Source: an uncultured delta proteobacterium
GTDB taxonomy: Bacteria > Myxococcota_A > Polyangia > Polyangiales > Polyangiaceae
DNA length: 64,000 bases
Direction: 5' to 3'
NCBI GenBank assembly: GCA_963806225.1
Contig: CAWDXG010000004.1
Coordinates: 1,664,001 to 1,728,000 of the forward strand
Shown here one piece after another: positions 53,780 to 63,178 of the stretch. The notes below the pieces were generated by a model, which saw only the letters and a list, made by a program, of their open reading frames with translations, was not told the DNA's origin and ran no database searches. Numbering within the stretch: position 1 is the stretch's first letter; each line of letters begins with the position of its first letter. Both the position numbers and the translations under genes were made by a program.

Positions 53780-54010
53780 GATCAAGAAGAAAATAGAAAA
53801 CAAGCAAAGAAAAGTTCTCCACAGGTTACTCCCAGCTTGTCCAGAGTCGTGCCTGGACAAGCTCTGGAAAACCTGGGGCCCGCGACTAGTCCAGCATCAA
53901 TCCAGCCGCAGATCAAGCCTCCAACCAGACCGCCCGCACTCGCACCCGGTATTATATGCTTTGTTATGTACGTTTGATTTATGCATTTGAATATTGAAAT
54001 AATGACTATT
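53780..54010. other. A/T-rich element with DnaA-box-like motifs and an 11-bp inverted repeat
   Basis: A-rich tract 53780-53814, TTCTCCACA 53815-53823, AGCTTGTCCAG/CTGGACAAGCT 53834-53863, and a tract at 53950-54010 with 13 G+C in 61 nt. Confidence 0.45.
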
Positions 54011-54195
54011 GACTGAGGCGGCTCACTAGCCGCGACTCGACGGCTGCAGAGCGCCGGCCACGGGGCCGCTCGCACGTCGCCCGCTCGAGATGATTCGAGG
54101 TACTGGACGCCACTTTTGCCCACATCCACCTACGGCGCGCACAGGCGGCGCTTTTCTCCCCTTCAGTTTCGACGAGTCTCGCCGTTCGTAGCGTC

Positions 54196-55431
54196 ATGAC
54201 CATAACAACGGGGACGGCGGCAAAGCCCGGGGACACGCCGGCCATAGTGGACGCGAAGGTGGGGTCCGGTCGGGTTCAAGTCCCGACGCGGGGGAGGGTT
54301 CTGCTCGTTGACGACGACCCCACCGTGCTTCGCAGCTTCAGTCGTTCGCTGCGTCGGGCCGGCTTCGACGTCGAGACTGCGGCGGACGGCCAGACAGCCG
54401 TCAAGCGGGTCGACAACGAAACCTTCGACGTGATCCTCAGTGATATCGCGATGCCGGGGATGAGCGGCATCCAGCTTCTGAGGGAGGTGCGCGAACACGA
54501 CCTGCACGTCCCGGTGATACTGGTGACGGGCGATCCGGCAGTACGCACGGCCGTCCAGGCGCTGGAGTACGGCGCGTTCCACTATCTCACCAAGCCGGTC
54601 GAGAGCAGCGAGCTCGAGTCCGTCGTCGAGAAGGCCGTGCAGCTGCACCGCATGGCGCAGTTCAAGGAGCAAGCGGCTGCGCTCCTGGGAAATTCCGGCG
54701 CGCTGGGCGCTGACCGCGCAGGCCTGGAAGCAAGCCTGCGGCGTGCGATGGAAACGCTGTGGATGGCCTACCAGCCCGTCGTGAGCGTCGAGAACCACAA
54801 GGTGTTCGGCTACGAAGCCCTGCTGCGGAGCGACGAACCAAGCCTGCCGCATCCCGGGGCGGTCATCGACGCTGCCGACCGGCTCGGGCGGCTGGACGAG
54901 CTGGGACGCACGATCCGTGCTCGAGCTACCGAGCCGTTCCTGGAACCAGAGAACCCCGGCATGCTGTTCGTCAACCTCAATCCAACCGACCTGCTCGACG
55001 CCGAACTGTGGTCACCGCACGCGCCGCTATCCAGCATCGCCAACCGGGTCGTGCTCGAAATCACCGAGCGAGCCTCGCTGGACGCGGTGAAGGACGTGCG
55101 CCAACGGGTAGCGACGCTCCGCGACATGGGATTCCGGATTGCGGTCGACGATCTGGGGGCGGGTTACGCCGGATTGACCAGCTTCGCGCTGTTGGAACCG
55201 GAAATCGTCAAGCTGGACATGTCGTTGGTGCGCGATATCCACATCACGCCGACCAAACAGAAGATCGTGCGGTCGATGACCGCCCTGTCCAAGGACATGG
55301 GCATGCTGGTCGTTGCCGAAGGCGTAGAGAACGCAGAAGAGCGCGACACACTCATCGAGCTCGGTTGCGACCTGCTCCAGGGCTTCTTCCTTGCGCGGCC
55401 TGGTCGGCCGTTTCCGGAGGTCGCGTGGTAA
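54196..55431 (+). CDS. Response regulator-EAL c-di-GMP phosphodiesterase
   Basis: VLLVDDD..DIAMP..KP receiver; YQP, YEALLR, FVN, LEITE, DDLGAGYA, KLD, AEGVE, QG. Confidence 0.92.
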   Translation: MTITTGTAAKPGDTPAIVDAKVGSGRVQVPTRGRVLLVDDDPTVLRSFSRSLRRAGFDVETAADGQTAVKRVDNETFDVILSDIAMPGMSGIQLLREVREHDLHVPVILVTGDPAVRTAVQALEYGAFHYLTKPVESSELESVVEKAVQLHRMAQFKEQAAALLGNSGALGADRAGLEASLRRAMETLWMAYQPVVSVENHKVFGYEALLRSDEPSLPHPGAVIDAADRLGRLDELGRTIRARATEPFLEPENPGMLFVNLNPTDLLDAELWSPHAPLSSIANRVVLEITERASLDAVKDVRQRVATLRDMGFRIAVDDLGAGYAGLTSFALLEPEIVKLDMSLVRDIHITPTKQKIVRSMTALSKDMGMLVVAEGVENAEERDTLIELGCDLLQGFFLARPGRPFPEVAW

Positions 55432-56729
55432 AGCCTCCGTCCGGCCCGGCCCGCACCCCGGAACCGGATGCTCTGCCGGGCTCCCGCCAGGTCTGGTTGC
55501 CGCCCGCGACAAGTGGCAGATACGCGTTCGGCAATAGCGAGCCGACGAACCCCGAGATGCGTGCGGTGCGCGTCAAGGCGGCCGCGTACTCCCCGCCTCC
55601 CCACGTCTCCGCCGTCGGCGGCCCTTCGCCCACCGCCGTCACGGCCCAGGAAATGCCCGCGGTGCGCGTCAAAGCGGTCGCGTACTCCCTGCCTCCCAAC
55701 GTCTCCGCCGTCGGCGGCCCTTCGCCCACCGCCATCACGGCCCAGGAAATGCCCGCGGTGCGGCCTGACGCCGAGCGCTCCAGCGTCTCGTCGCTACCGC
55801 CCTACGAGGACAACGACGCGATCACGGACGTCACGGAGATGTCGCGGCATACCGACGTCGGCGCGCCCCCTTCCCTGCCAGCAGAGCGCGACCGCTCGCT
55901 GCTTGTCCGGATGGACGGCGTCAGCGCTGGGCAGGTCGAGTCGGTCGGCCGCACCGAGCTCTCGATCGGTCGCCATCCTTCCAACGCGCTCACCATTCAG
56001 GACGGCGGGATCAGCCGGCAGCATGCTCGCATACTGTCAGTGGACAACAAGCACGTCATCGAGGATCTCGGCTCGCGAAATGGAACCTACGTCCAAGGTA
56101 GCCGTATCACGCGCGCCGAGCTGAACGACGGCGACTGGATCCAGCTCGGTCCGCGCGCGAGCTTCCGCTACTCCGTCACCGACGCCAAGCAGGAAGTGCT
56201 AATGCGCCAGCTGTACGAATCCAGCACGCGCGACGCACTGACCGGCGCCCACAATCGCCAGCATTTCGAGGAACGGTTGCGCACGGAGGTGGCGTACGCC
56301 GTTCGCCATTCCACCAACGTGTCGCTGGTGTTGTTCGACCTGGACTATTTCAAGCGTGTCAACGACAACTACGGTCACCTGGCCGGCGATGCGGTGCTCA
56401 GGAGCGTGGCTGCGACGGTTGGAGCGCGACTGCGTGCCGAGGACGTTTTTGCCCGCTACGGTGGCGAGGAGTTCGCGGTGGTGCTGCGGGGCATCGATGC
56501 CACCGGTGCCCAGCGCGTGGCCGAAAGGCTGCGGAGCTCCATCGCCGACACGGTCGTGAACTACAAGGGGCTGAGCCTCCAGATCACGATCAGCGCCGGC
56601 TCGGCGGCCCTGTCGGAGTGCTCCCGCCCGACCGGCATCGAGCTGGTGGGGCTCGCCGATCGCCGCCTCTACGTGGCGAAGGACGGCGGGCGAAACCGCG
56701 TCGTGGCGGAGATTGAGCCGCTCGCCTAG
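55425..56729 (+). CDS. FHA-domain diguanylate cyclase with N-terminal tandem repeats
   Basis: GTG with GGAGG overlapping the EAL stop; IGRH..ISRQHA..GSRNGTYV; RDALTG, DLDYFKRVNDNYGH, RYGGEEF. Confidence 0.9.
   Translation: MVKPPSGPARTPEPDALPGSRQVWLPPATSGRYAFGNSEPTNPEMRAVRVKAAAYSPPPHVSAVGGPSPTAVTAQEMPAVRVKAVAYSLPPNVSAVGGPSPTAITAQEMPAVRPDAERSSVSSLPPYEDNDAITDVTEMSRHTDVGAPPSLPAERDRSLLVRMDGVSAGQVESVGRTELSIGRHPSNALTIQDGGISRQHARILSVDNKHVIEDLGSRNGTYVQGSRITRAELNDGDWIQLGPRASFRYSVTDAKQEVLMRQLYESSTRDALTGAHNRQHFEERLRTEVAYAVRHSTNVSLVLFDLDYFKRVNDNYGHLAGDAVLRSVAATVGARLRAEDVFARYGGEEFAVVLRGIDATGAQRVAERLRSSIADTVVNYKGLSLQITISAGSAALSECSRPTGIELVGLADRRLYVAKDGGRNRVVAEIEPLA
55554..55762 (+). repeat. 96-bp (32-codon) tandem repeat, about 2.2 copies
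   Basis: ATG codons of EM.AVR at 55557, 55653 and 55749. Confidence 0.9.
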
Positions 56730-56828
56730 CCGGGCAGGCCCGAAAGCGGTCGACTAGGCCACAAAAGTGGCGCGGAGCGTGCCGCCGCCCTGTTGCAGAA
56801 TCGCGACCGTCGATGTACAGAAACCGCC

Positions 56829-57032
56829 GTGTCCATCGATCTCGATTCGCTGAAGGCCGAACGCGACAAGTTGAAGGACGGCCTGCGGGAGCTGGAGGCC
56901 GAGCAGCGCAAGGTCGATGCCGAGCTCAAAGCCCTGCGCCAGCGGGAGATCCAGACCAAGCGCGAGATCGAGGCGCTCGGGACGCTGATCGAGATCAACG
57001 AGGGGCGGGCCGCCACCAAGGACGGCGGCTGA
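56829..57032 (+). CDS. Small coiled-coil protein
   Basis: SIDLDSLKAERDKLKDGLRELEAEQRKVDAELKALRQREIQTKREIEAL heptad pattern. Confidence 0.7.
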   Translation: MSIDLDSLKAERDKLKDGLRELEAEQRKVDAELKALRQREIQTKREIEALGTLIEINEGRAATKDGG

Positions 57033-57048
57033 GCCCGCCGGCTGCTTG

Positions 57049-58374
57049 CTAGCCGTCGTCCGCGCTCTGTGCAGCCGGAGCGACGACCGCCAGATAGCCC
57101 CTGCTGATCTCCGGCCCGGACGGGCGCGAGCGCTCGCCGCCCGAGGCGAAGGCGTCGACCACCTCGGCCAGCTTCGGCTCCGGTAGCGGCTCCGGCAGCT
57201 CGCGCGCCGCGCCAGGTGCAGCCAGCTCCTCCACGTGCAGCGTCTGGGTGGGGAACGCGAAGGAGACACCCACGTCGCGCGCCAGGCGCATGATCTCCAG
57301 CATCACGTTGTGACGCTGGCGCAGCTCCTCCGACCAGGATTCGACCTTGAAGAAGAAATAGACCATCACGTCCAGCGAGCTCGCGCCGAAACCGGACATG
57401 TGGACCTCGTAGTAGTCCTTCCGCGTGTGCTCGTTGGCCTGGATGACGGCGCGGACGCCCTCCACGAATGCCTGCATCTGCTCCGGCGTCGTGTCGTAGG
57501 TCAGGTTCAGCGTCAAGAACGTCCGCCGGTACTCCCGCACCCCGTAGTTGTCGATGTTCGCCTCGGTGAACTTCGCGTTCGGAACAGTGACCAGCGAATT
57601 GTAGAAAGTGCGGATGCGCGTCGAACGGAACCCGACCTCCTCCACGATACCCTCGACGCCGCCCACGGCAACCCAGTCGCCGATCTGGAACGGGCGGTCG
57701 ATGAAGATCATGATGCTGCCGAAGAAGTTCGCGATCGTGTCCTTGGCAGCCAGCGCGACCGCCACGCCACCGATGCCCAGTCCTGCGAGGAGCGACCCGA
57801 CGTTGATACTGAGGTTCTGGAGGATGAACAGGATGCCGGCGACGACCGTGAAGATCTTGAGCGATTTCCGGACGAGTGGGACGAGCTGATCGTCGAGCTT
57901 GGACTCGGTCTTCTCGGCCTTCTCCATCATGCGCTCGGAGAAGACGTCGACCAGGCGATACGCCGCCCACACGATCGACACCACAACGAGCATCCGGACC
58001 ACGACGCTCACGACCAGAGCCGCCTTCGCCGGCAGCCCCAGCTCCGGGTAGAAGACCCGCAGCATGACCGCCATCACCAGCGTGGCGCCCGGCGATGCGA
58101 ACACGTCCACCAGGCGCGTGGCCCAGGCGTGCTCCTCGACCAGATGCCGCACGCGGCTGTTGACGACGGCCTGGATGATCTTCCGGACGACCAGCGCCAG
58201 GATGAAGACCAGGAACAGCGCCAGGTACTGCCAGATCGCGACGCCGAAGACCTTTCCGTGGAAGGACCCGGGCAGATTGCGCGCGACGCGGTCGACCAGA
58301 CCCGAGCCCGGCTTCGCCCATGCGGAGCCGGCACACAGGGCCAGTGCGAGCGCGACCTGGGCCTGGATGAGCAT
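57049..58374 (-). CDS. MscS-family mechanosensitive channel
   Basis: LLAGLGIGGVAVALAAKDTIANFFGS..DRPFQIGDWV..GIVEEVGFRSTRIRT..VPN; FAFPTQTL. Start uncertain. Confidence 0.92.
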   Translation of the reverse strand: MLIQAQVALALALCAGSAWAKPGSGLVDRVARNLPGSFHGKVFGVAIWQYLALFLVFILALVVRKIIQAVVNSRVRHLVEEHAWATRLVDVFASPGATLVMAVMLRVFYPELGLPAKAALVVSVVVRMLVVVSIVWAAYRLVDVFSERMMEKAEKTESKLDDQLVPLVRKSLKIFTVVAGILFILQNLSINVGSLLAGLGIGGVAVALAAKDTIANFFGSIMIFIDRPFQIGDWVAVGGVEGIVEEVGFRSTRIRTFYNSLVTVPNAKFTEANIDNYGVREYRRTFLTLNLTYDTTPEQMQAFVEGVRAVIQANEHTRKDYYEVHMSGFGASSLDVMVYFFFKVESWSEELRQRHNVMLEIMRLARDVGVSFAFPTQTLHVEELAAPGAARELPEPLPEPKLAEVVDAFASGGERSRPSGPEISRGYLAVVAPAAQSADDG

Positions 58375-58405
58375 TCGACGATTCACTGGTATTCTCCTTG
58401 TCGCA

Positions 58406-58825
58406 CTAGAGACGTGTCCCACCCAGCTTGAGGATGCGTTTGAAATGCACGGCGCTCACCGGGACCACGGACAGCCGCGAGCGCTTGATCAGTGCGATGT
58501 CCTGGAGCGCATCGTCACCCTTGATCGCTGCGAGCGAGACCGGCGCTTCAAGCGGGCGCAGCGGTACGATGTCCACGACCGACCAGTCGCCCTGTTGGGC
58601 AGTCGGGTCGGCGTAGGCCCCGCGTGCCACGCGCGCCACACCCACCACTTCCTTCCCCTCGTTCGAGTGGTAGAAGAGCACGAGATCGCCCTTCTTCATC
58701 GCGCGCAGGTTGTTGCGCGCTTCGAAGTTGCGGACGCCGTCCCAGTATGTGCGCTTGTCCTTGACCAGATCGGCCCAGGAGTACTTGTAGGGCTCGCTCT
58801 TCACGAGCCAGTGCTTCGTCGCCAT
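58406..58825 (-). CDS. EVE domain protein
   Basis: WLVKSEP..YSW, WDGVRNFEARNNLRAMKKGD..LFYHS, SRLSV.PV. Confidence 0.92.
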   Translation of the reverse strand: MATKHWLVKSEPYKYSWADLVKDKRTYWDGVRNFEARNNLRAMKKGDLVLFYHSNEGKEVVGVARVARGAYADPTAQQGDWSVVDIVPLRPLEAPVSLAAIKGDDALQDIALIKRSRLSVVPVSAVHFKRILKLGGTRL

Positions 58826-58925
58826 TTCCGCTTCCTCGTCGCCGGGGCCCCGCGGCCCCGGGCAAGGCTTACACGAAAACAGCGCGCAGCTTAAGCCGGC
58901 GGCACGCCGCGCCGGTCCCGCGCGG

Positions 58926-60746
58926 CTACTGGGCGCCGTAGCTCAGCGTGTACTTGGAGCAGACCGGATTGCCACCCGGGCTCTCGACGAGGACATCGGT
59001 GGGCCCGGGCTTGCCGGTAAGGCACGTCAGCCGAGCCAGCACGGGAGCGCCCGTCGCACAGCACCCCGACAGTTTTCCCACCGTGGTCTGCGTCCCGCCC
59101 AGGCACTGGAAGTTGGTGTTCCCATTGCCGCACGACGGAATCACACAGACCTTGAGCGACGAATCGTTCGTCGAGGCGGTGAGCGTCGGATTGGTGCACA
59201 GCGTCGTGGAAATCGTATAGCGGTACCAGTCCAGATCCGCGAAGTCGCCGATCACTCCCGCGGTGTTCTTCGACCCGCTGCACGTCACGCTGGCAAGTGC
59301 ACTCGCCGATGCTGGCGAGTTGTTCGGCTCGCCGTAGGGGTCGCTGCAGCTCGAGAACCCGGCAGCGCCGTCCAGCCCGGCGTCGGCGCCGCCCGCGCCG
59401 CTGGTGCCGCCCGCGCCACCGGTGCCGCCGGTGCCGCCTGCCCCCCCGGCGCCGCCCGAGCCGCCTCCGCCCTCGACCCCGCCGTCGCCCGCGTCCACCC
59501 CGCCGTCGGTGTCCGGCGGGCAGCCCGGCAACGGCGTAACCTTCCGCACCGTGCCGCCAAAGGTCGCCTCCGCCGCGTCGAAGCCGATGCCGACCGAGAG
59601 GGCATCGCACTGCGCCTGCGGCGAGATCTTTCCGTTGGCGAGGATGTCGGCGAACTGGGACACGTAGCCGGTCATCAGCGTGTAGTCCGAGCCCACGGTG
59701 TTGGGGCACAGGCCGAGCTCTTCGAACCCGGACTTCAGATCCTCGATCGACGAGCGCCCGGCGATCGTGCCGTCGGTGATCTCCCAGTGACCGCTCTTGT
59801 CCTTCTGGAGCTTGCCGGCAACCACGCCTCCCTGCATCTTGAGGGGGTAGGCGCGGGTTACGCCGTTGTCACCCGGGAACCAGAACAGCACGTTGTCCGG
59901 AAGCTGCGCGATGATGTAGCCGTCGCGCACATAGGCGGCCGGGTCGTTGAGATCCGCGTCGGGCAGCGAGCCGTCCTTGGCCACGGTGCCCTGGTAGGTC
60001 TCCGGCTGGATGGTCCACGAGCCCCCCGCCTGCCACCAGCACTGCTGCGTCTTCCAGGTCTGGTTCGGGTCGTCCTTCTGGCACTGCCAGGGCGGCGGCG
60101 TCTCCAGGCCCGGCGAGGGATACATGTCGACGCGGACCTGGCTGTCGTTGGGCTGTCCGTCCCATTGGGAAATTCGAATGAGGAAGTTGTAGTCGCCGCG
60201 GCACAGTGCGCAGTTGAAGCCAGGGTTGCTGAGGCCGTATTTCTCGCTGATGCTGGGCAGCGAGACGGTGGTTTCTTCCAGCCTGCCGAAGGTGTTGTCC
60301 CGGCAGTCGTGCCCGTCTTTGGGGATCGTCGCACTGCGCGGCTTGCACGGTTGGGGAATGTCCCCGGTCGTCGAACAGGTGTCGGAGTTGGTGCACATTC
60401 CGTCGAGATCGAAGCCGAGGCTCATCCAGGGCGGGTTATTGTCGGTCCCCGGATTCCCTTTCCGGTCCAGCGAGCCGAGCGCCATGGAGCGTAGCGCGAG
60501 GATGATCGGCGGGATGCTCGGCCCATCGGCATTCTTGGGAGCATCGGCGGCGGTCGGCACGCCGGCGGAGACGCAGCCCGTCTTCTTGCTCTTGTACGAC
60601 CACCAGCCGACACCGCTGCCGTATTGGCTGGGATTCACCGGCACGTGGTCCGAACCGCCCAGGAGCGAGTCGTTGTAGACGTTGCAGGCGAAGAAACCGG
60701 CCATGGAAGCGAGCAGCAGAGCGCCGGCCAGCCTCGAGAATTGCAT
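58926..60746 (-). CDS. Cys-rich lipoprotein, paralog A, with extra C-terminal domain
   Basis: FFACNVY lipobox; GFDLDGMCT, DG.DCRDN, VRDGY, CDALSVGIGF. Confidence 0.75.
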   Translation of the reverse strand: MQFSRLAGALLLASMAGFFACNVYNDSLLGGSDHVPVNPSQYGSGVGWWSYKSKKTGCVSAGVPTAADAPKNADGPSIPPIILALRSMALGSLDRKGNPGTDNNPPWMSLGFDLDGMCTNSDTCSTTGDIPQPCKPRSATIPKDGHDCRDNTFGRLEETTVSLPSISEKYGLSNPGFNCALCRGDYNFLIRISQWDGQPNDSQVRVDMYPSPGLETPPPWQCQKDDPNQTWKTQQCWWQAGGSWTIQPETYQGTVAKDGSLPDADLNDPAAYVRDGYIIAQLPDNVLFWFPGDNGVTRAYPLKMQGGVVAGKLQKDKSGHWEITDGTIAGRSSIEDLKSGFEELGLCPNTVGSDYTLMTGYVSQFADILANGKISPQAQCDALSVGIGFDAAEATFGGTVRKVTPLPGCPPDTDGGVDAGDGGVEGGGGSGGAGGAGGTGGTGGAGGTSGAGGADAGLDGAAGFSSCSDPYGEPNNSPASASALASVTCSGSKNTAGVIGDFADLDWYRYTISTTLCTNPTLTASTNDSSLKVCVIPSCGNGNTNFQCLGGTQTTVGKLSGCCATGAPVLARLTCLTGKPGPTDVLVESPGGNPVCSKYTLSYGAQ

Positions 60747-60825
60747 CCCGCCATTGTAGACGATTTTCCGCGAAATCTGCTCGGCGGCGCCCCGCGAAGG
60801 CAACCGAGGGCTCAAACCCGCGTGA

Positions 60826-62106
60826 TCAGGGCGTGTACGGGTTCTTCGGGGGCCCGCACTTCTGCAGGCTCGACACGGTCACTGCCGGGCCCGGCGCCAC
60901 CGTCAGGGCCTCGAAACCAATGCCCACGCTCAGGGCGTCGCAGCCGGCGGACTTGCTGTTCGCACCGTTGGCCAGCACGTCCGTGCTGCTGTCCAGCAGG
61001 TCCGTCACCTTCTTGTATTCCGCCGCGGACACCGGCTGGACGGGGGCCACCGTACCCGAGTCGCAGAACCCCACGTCGTTGAAAGACTGCTCCAGGTCGC
61101 TCTTGCGGATGCTGCCGCTGATGAGGGCGTCGCCCATGGCCCAGACGTTGTCCTGGTTCTTGAACAGACGCCCCGTCAGGAGGCCCTGCTGCAGAACGAG
61201 CGCGAAACCGTTGTGCACGGTCTGGTCGCCAATGAAGCGCAGCTGCTCGCCGTTCTGTAGGTGGGCCACCAGATAGCCGTCGCGTACGAATGCAGAGGGA
61301 TCGTTGGCGGTCTTGGCCTCGGGCAGGCCGCCCTGCGGGCCGACGGGGCCACCGAGTCCGGCCTGGTCCACCAACCAGGGTGCGCTCGGGAGCCAGGCGA
61401 TCTCCCCCTTCCACGCGTCGCCGCCTGCGCATTTCCAGGACGGCACGGCCGAAAGTCCTGGCGACATGTACAGATCCACGCGCACCTGGTCGTCGTCGAA
61501 CTTGCCGTTGTAGTGCGAGATCTTGAACAGGATGTTGAAACCGCCCCGGTACAGCTCGCAGTCGAAGTCGTTCTCGTTGATGCCGTACGCCACGCCGAGC
61601 TCTGGATCCGCCGCCAGCTGCGGCTCGATCTGGGCGAAGACGTTGTCCCGACATCCCTGCCCGTCCGCGGGCACTCCCGAGGCGCTGGTGCACCCGATGT
61701 CGTCTTTCGGCGCCGCGGCGCAGGAGACAGGATTGGTGCACAGGCCGTCCACGTCCAGTCCGAAGAACTGGTAGGGCTTCTTCCCCGCAGTCGGCGCGCC
61801 GTTGCCTTCCGGCGGGAGCGTGTTGGGCGGCGCGCTCTCGCCCAGGTACACCTTGGTCATCCCGAGGTAGATAGCGTCGATGTCCTTGCCCGCTGCGTGC
61901 GCGGGAGGCTTGCTGTCCGCGGGATTGGACACGTCGCGGCAGCCCTGCGGGGTCTTCGTCGACCACCAGCAGTCACCCCAGTGGCAGTCGGCAGCATGGC
62001 CGCTGCCCGGACCCTCGAGCAGGCTGGTCGTGTAGGTATTGCAAGCGACAACGGCCAGCCCGGCAGCCGTCAGCGAAAGGAACATCAAGCGCAGAAAGCC
62101 CCGCAC
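60826..62106 (-). CDS. Cys-rich lipoprotein, paralog B (start uncertain)
   Basis: VVACNTY lipobox; GLDVDGLCT, DG.GCRDN, VRDGY, CDALSVGIGF shared with paralog A. Confidence 0.75.
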   Translation of the reverse strand: MRGFLRLMFLSLTAAGLAVVACNTYTTSLLEGPGSGHAADCHWGDCWWSTKTPQGCRDVSNPADSKPPAHAAGKDIDAIYLGMTKVYLGESAPPNTLPPEGNGAPTAGKKPYQFFGLDVDGLCTNPVSCAAAPKDDIGCTSASGVPADGQGCRDNVFAQIEPQLAADPELGVAYGINENDFDCELYRGGFNILFKISHYNGKFDDDQVRVDLYMSPGLSAVPSWKCAGGDAWKGEIAWLPSAPWLVDQAGLGGPVGPQGGLPEAKTANDPSAFVRDGYLVAHLQNGEQLRFIGDQTVHNGFALVLQQGLLTGRLFKNQDNVWAMGDALISGSIRKSDLEQSFNDVGFCDSGTVAPVQPVSAAEYKKVTDLLDSSTDVLANGANSKSAGCDALSVGIGFEALTVAPGPAVTVSSLQKCGPPKNPYTP

Positions 62107-62224
62107 GCCTCCAAGTCTAGCGCGGCGACCACCCGTGACAGCAAGCGTTCTGCCAAATCGGCCTCTCGAGGCGGCCGCAGCCACCAGCGCGGCCCCGACA
62201 GGTGCGGTAGCTTGCCGGACAGAC

Positions 62225-63049
62225 GTGAAGAGAGGAGCTAGAGCCTTGGCATTCCTGGCAACGCTCGGCGCGCTCTACGGAGCCGTGGCCGGGCTGGCGA
62301 CGGCAGCCCAGAAGCGGCTCATCTACCCCGCGCCGGGCGAGGTCATCGAGCCGCACGCGCCGGGGGCGGAGCTCTGGCGGCTCCCCGGCCACGACGGTCG
62401 CACCGTGTTCGCCCTGTACGCCAAGGCCCCGCCGGGTGCGCCGACGGTGGTGCACTTCCACGGCAACGGGGAGCAGCTTTCCGACCAGGCCCCGCTGGTA
62501 CGCGCGCTCGCAGGCGCCGGGCTCGGCGCCTGCGCAGTCGAGTACCCGGGCTACGGCCTGTCGCGCGCAAACGCCGTCAGCGAGCAGGCCATCTACGCCG
62601 ACGCCCAGACGGCGCTGCGCCACCTCGCCTCCCTCGGCGTCCCCGACTCGAGCATCGTGCTGGAAGGCCAATCGCTCGGCACCGGTGTGGCCGTGGAAAT
62701 GGCCCGACGCGGCTACGGCAGCCGACTCGTCCTGATCTCGCCGTACACGTCGATCGTCGACATGGCGCGTCGCGTCGCGCCGTTTCTCCCGGTGAGCCGG
62801 CTCGTCAGCGAGCGCTTCGACACGGCGTCCAAGGCCCGCTCCATCGCGCTTCCCGCGCTGGTGATCCACGGCGAAGACGACGAGATCATCCCGGTGTCGA
62901 TGGGGCGCGTCGTCGCGAAGCTGCTGCCGCACGCGGCGCTGGTGATCGTAGCCGGCGGCCATCACAACGACCTGTTCGCGGTCGACGGACGCGATCTGAT
63001 CCGCCGCATCGTCGCGTTTGCCAGAGATAGTCCGCATGCGACGCGGTGA
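62225..63049 (+). CDS. Alpha/beta hydrolase (ABHD13/YfhR-like)
   Basis: HFHGNGE, EYPGYG, GQSLG, IHGEDDEII, GGHHND. Confidence 0.9.
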   Translation: MKRGARALAFLATLGALYGAVAGLATAAQKRLIYPAPGEVIEPHAPGAELWRLPGHDGRTVFALYAKAPPGAPTVVHFHGNGEQLSDQAPLVRALAGAGLGACAVEYPGYGLSRANAVSEQAIYADAQTALRHLASLGVPDSSIVLEGQSLGTGVAVEMARRGYGSRLVLISPYTSIVDMARRVAPFLPVSRLVSERFDTASKARSIALPALVIHGEDDEIIPVSMGRVVAKLLPHAALVIVAGGHHNDLFAVDGRDLIRRIVAFARDSPHATR

Positions 63050-63178
63050 TCTCCGCCTCGACTACGGCACGCGGCGGCGTTTGGCCGGGGATCACCAGGA
63101 AGGCGGGAAGGCGGGAAGGTTTTCCGGGGTCGACGGCTGGTTCTCCGGAAGAAAAGCAGCGACGTTGGCTTCGCCGGG

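Noticed and set aside
51965..53977. ORFs of 60-249 aa called in the intergenic gap
   Set aside because: Arg/Pro/Ala-rich, no GC3 bias and no recognisable motifs; these are typical shadow ORFs in GC-rich DNA.
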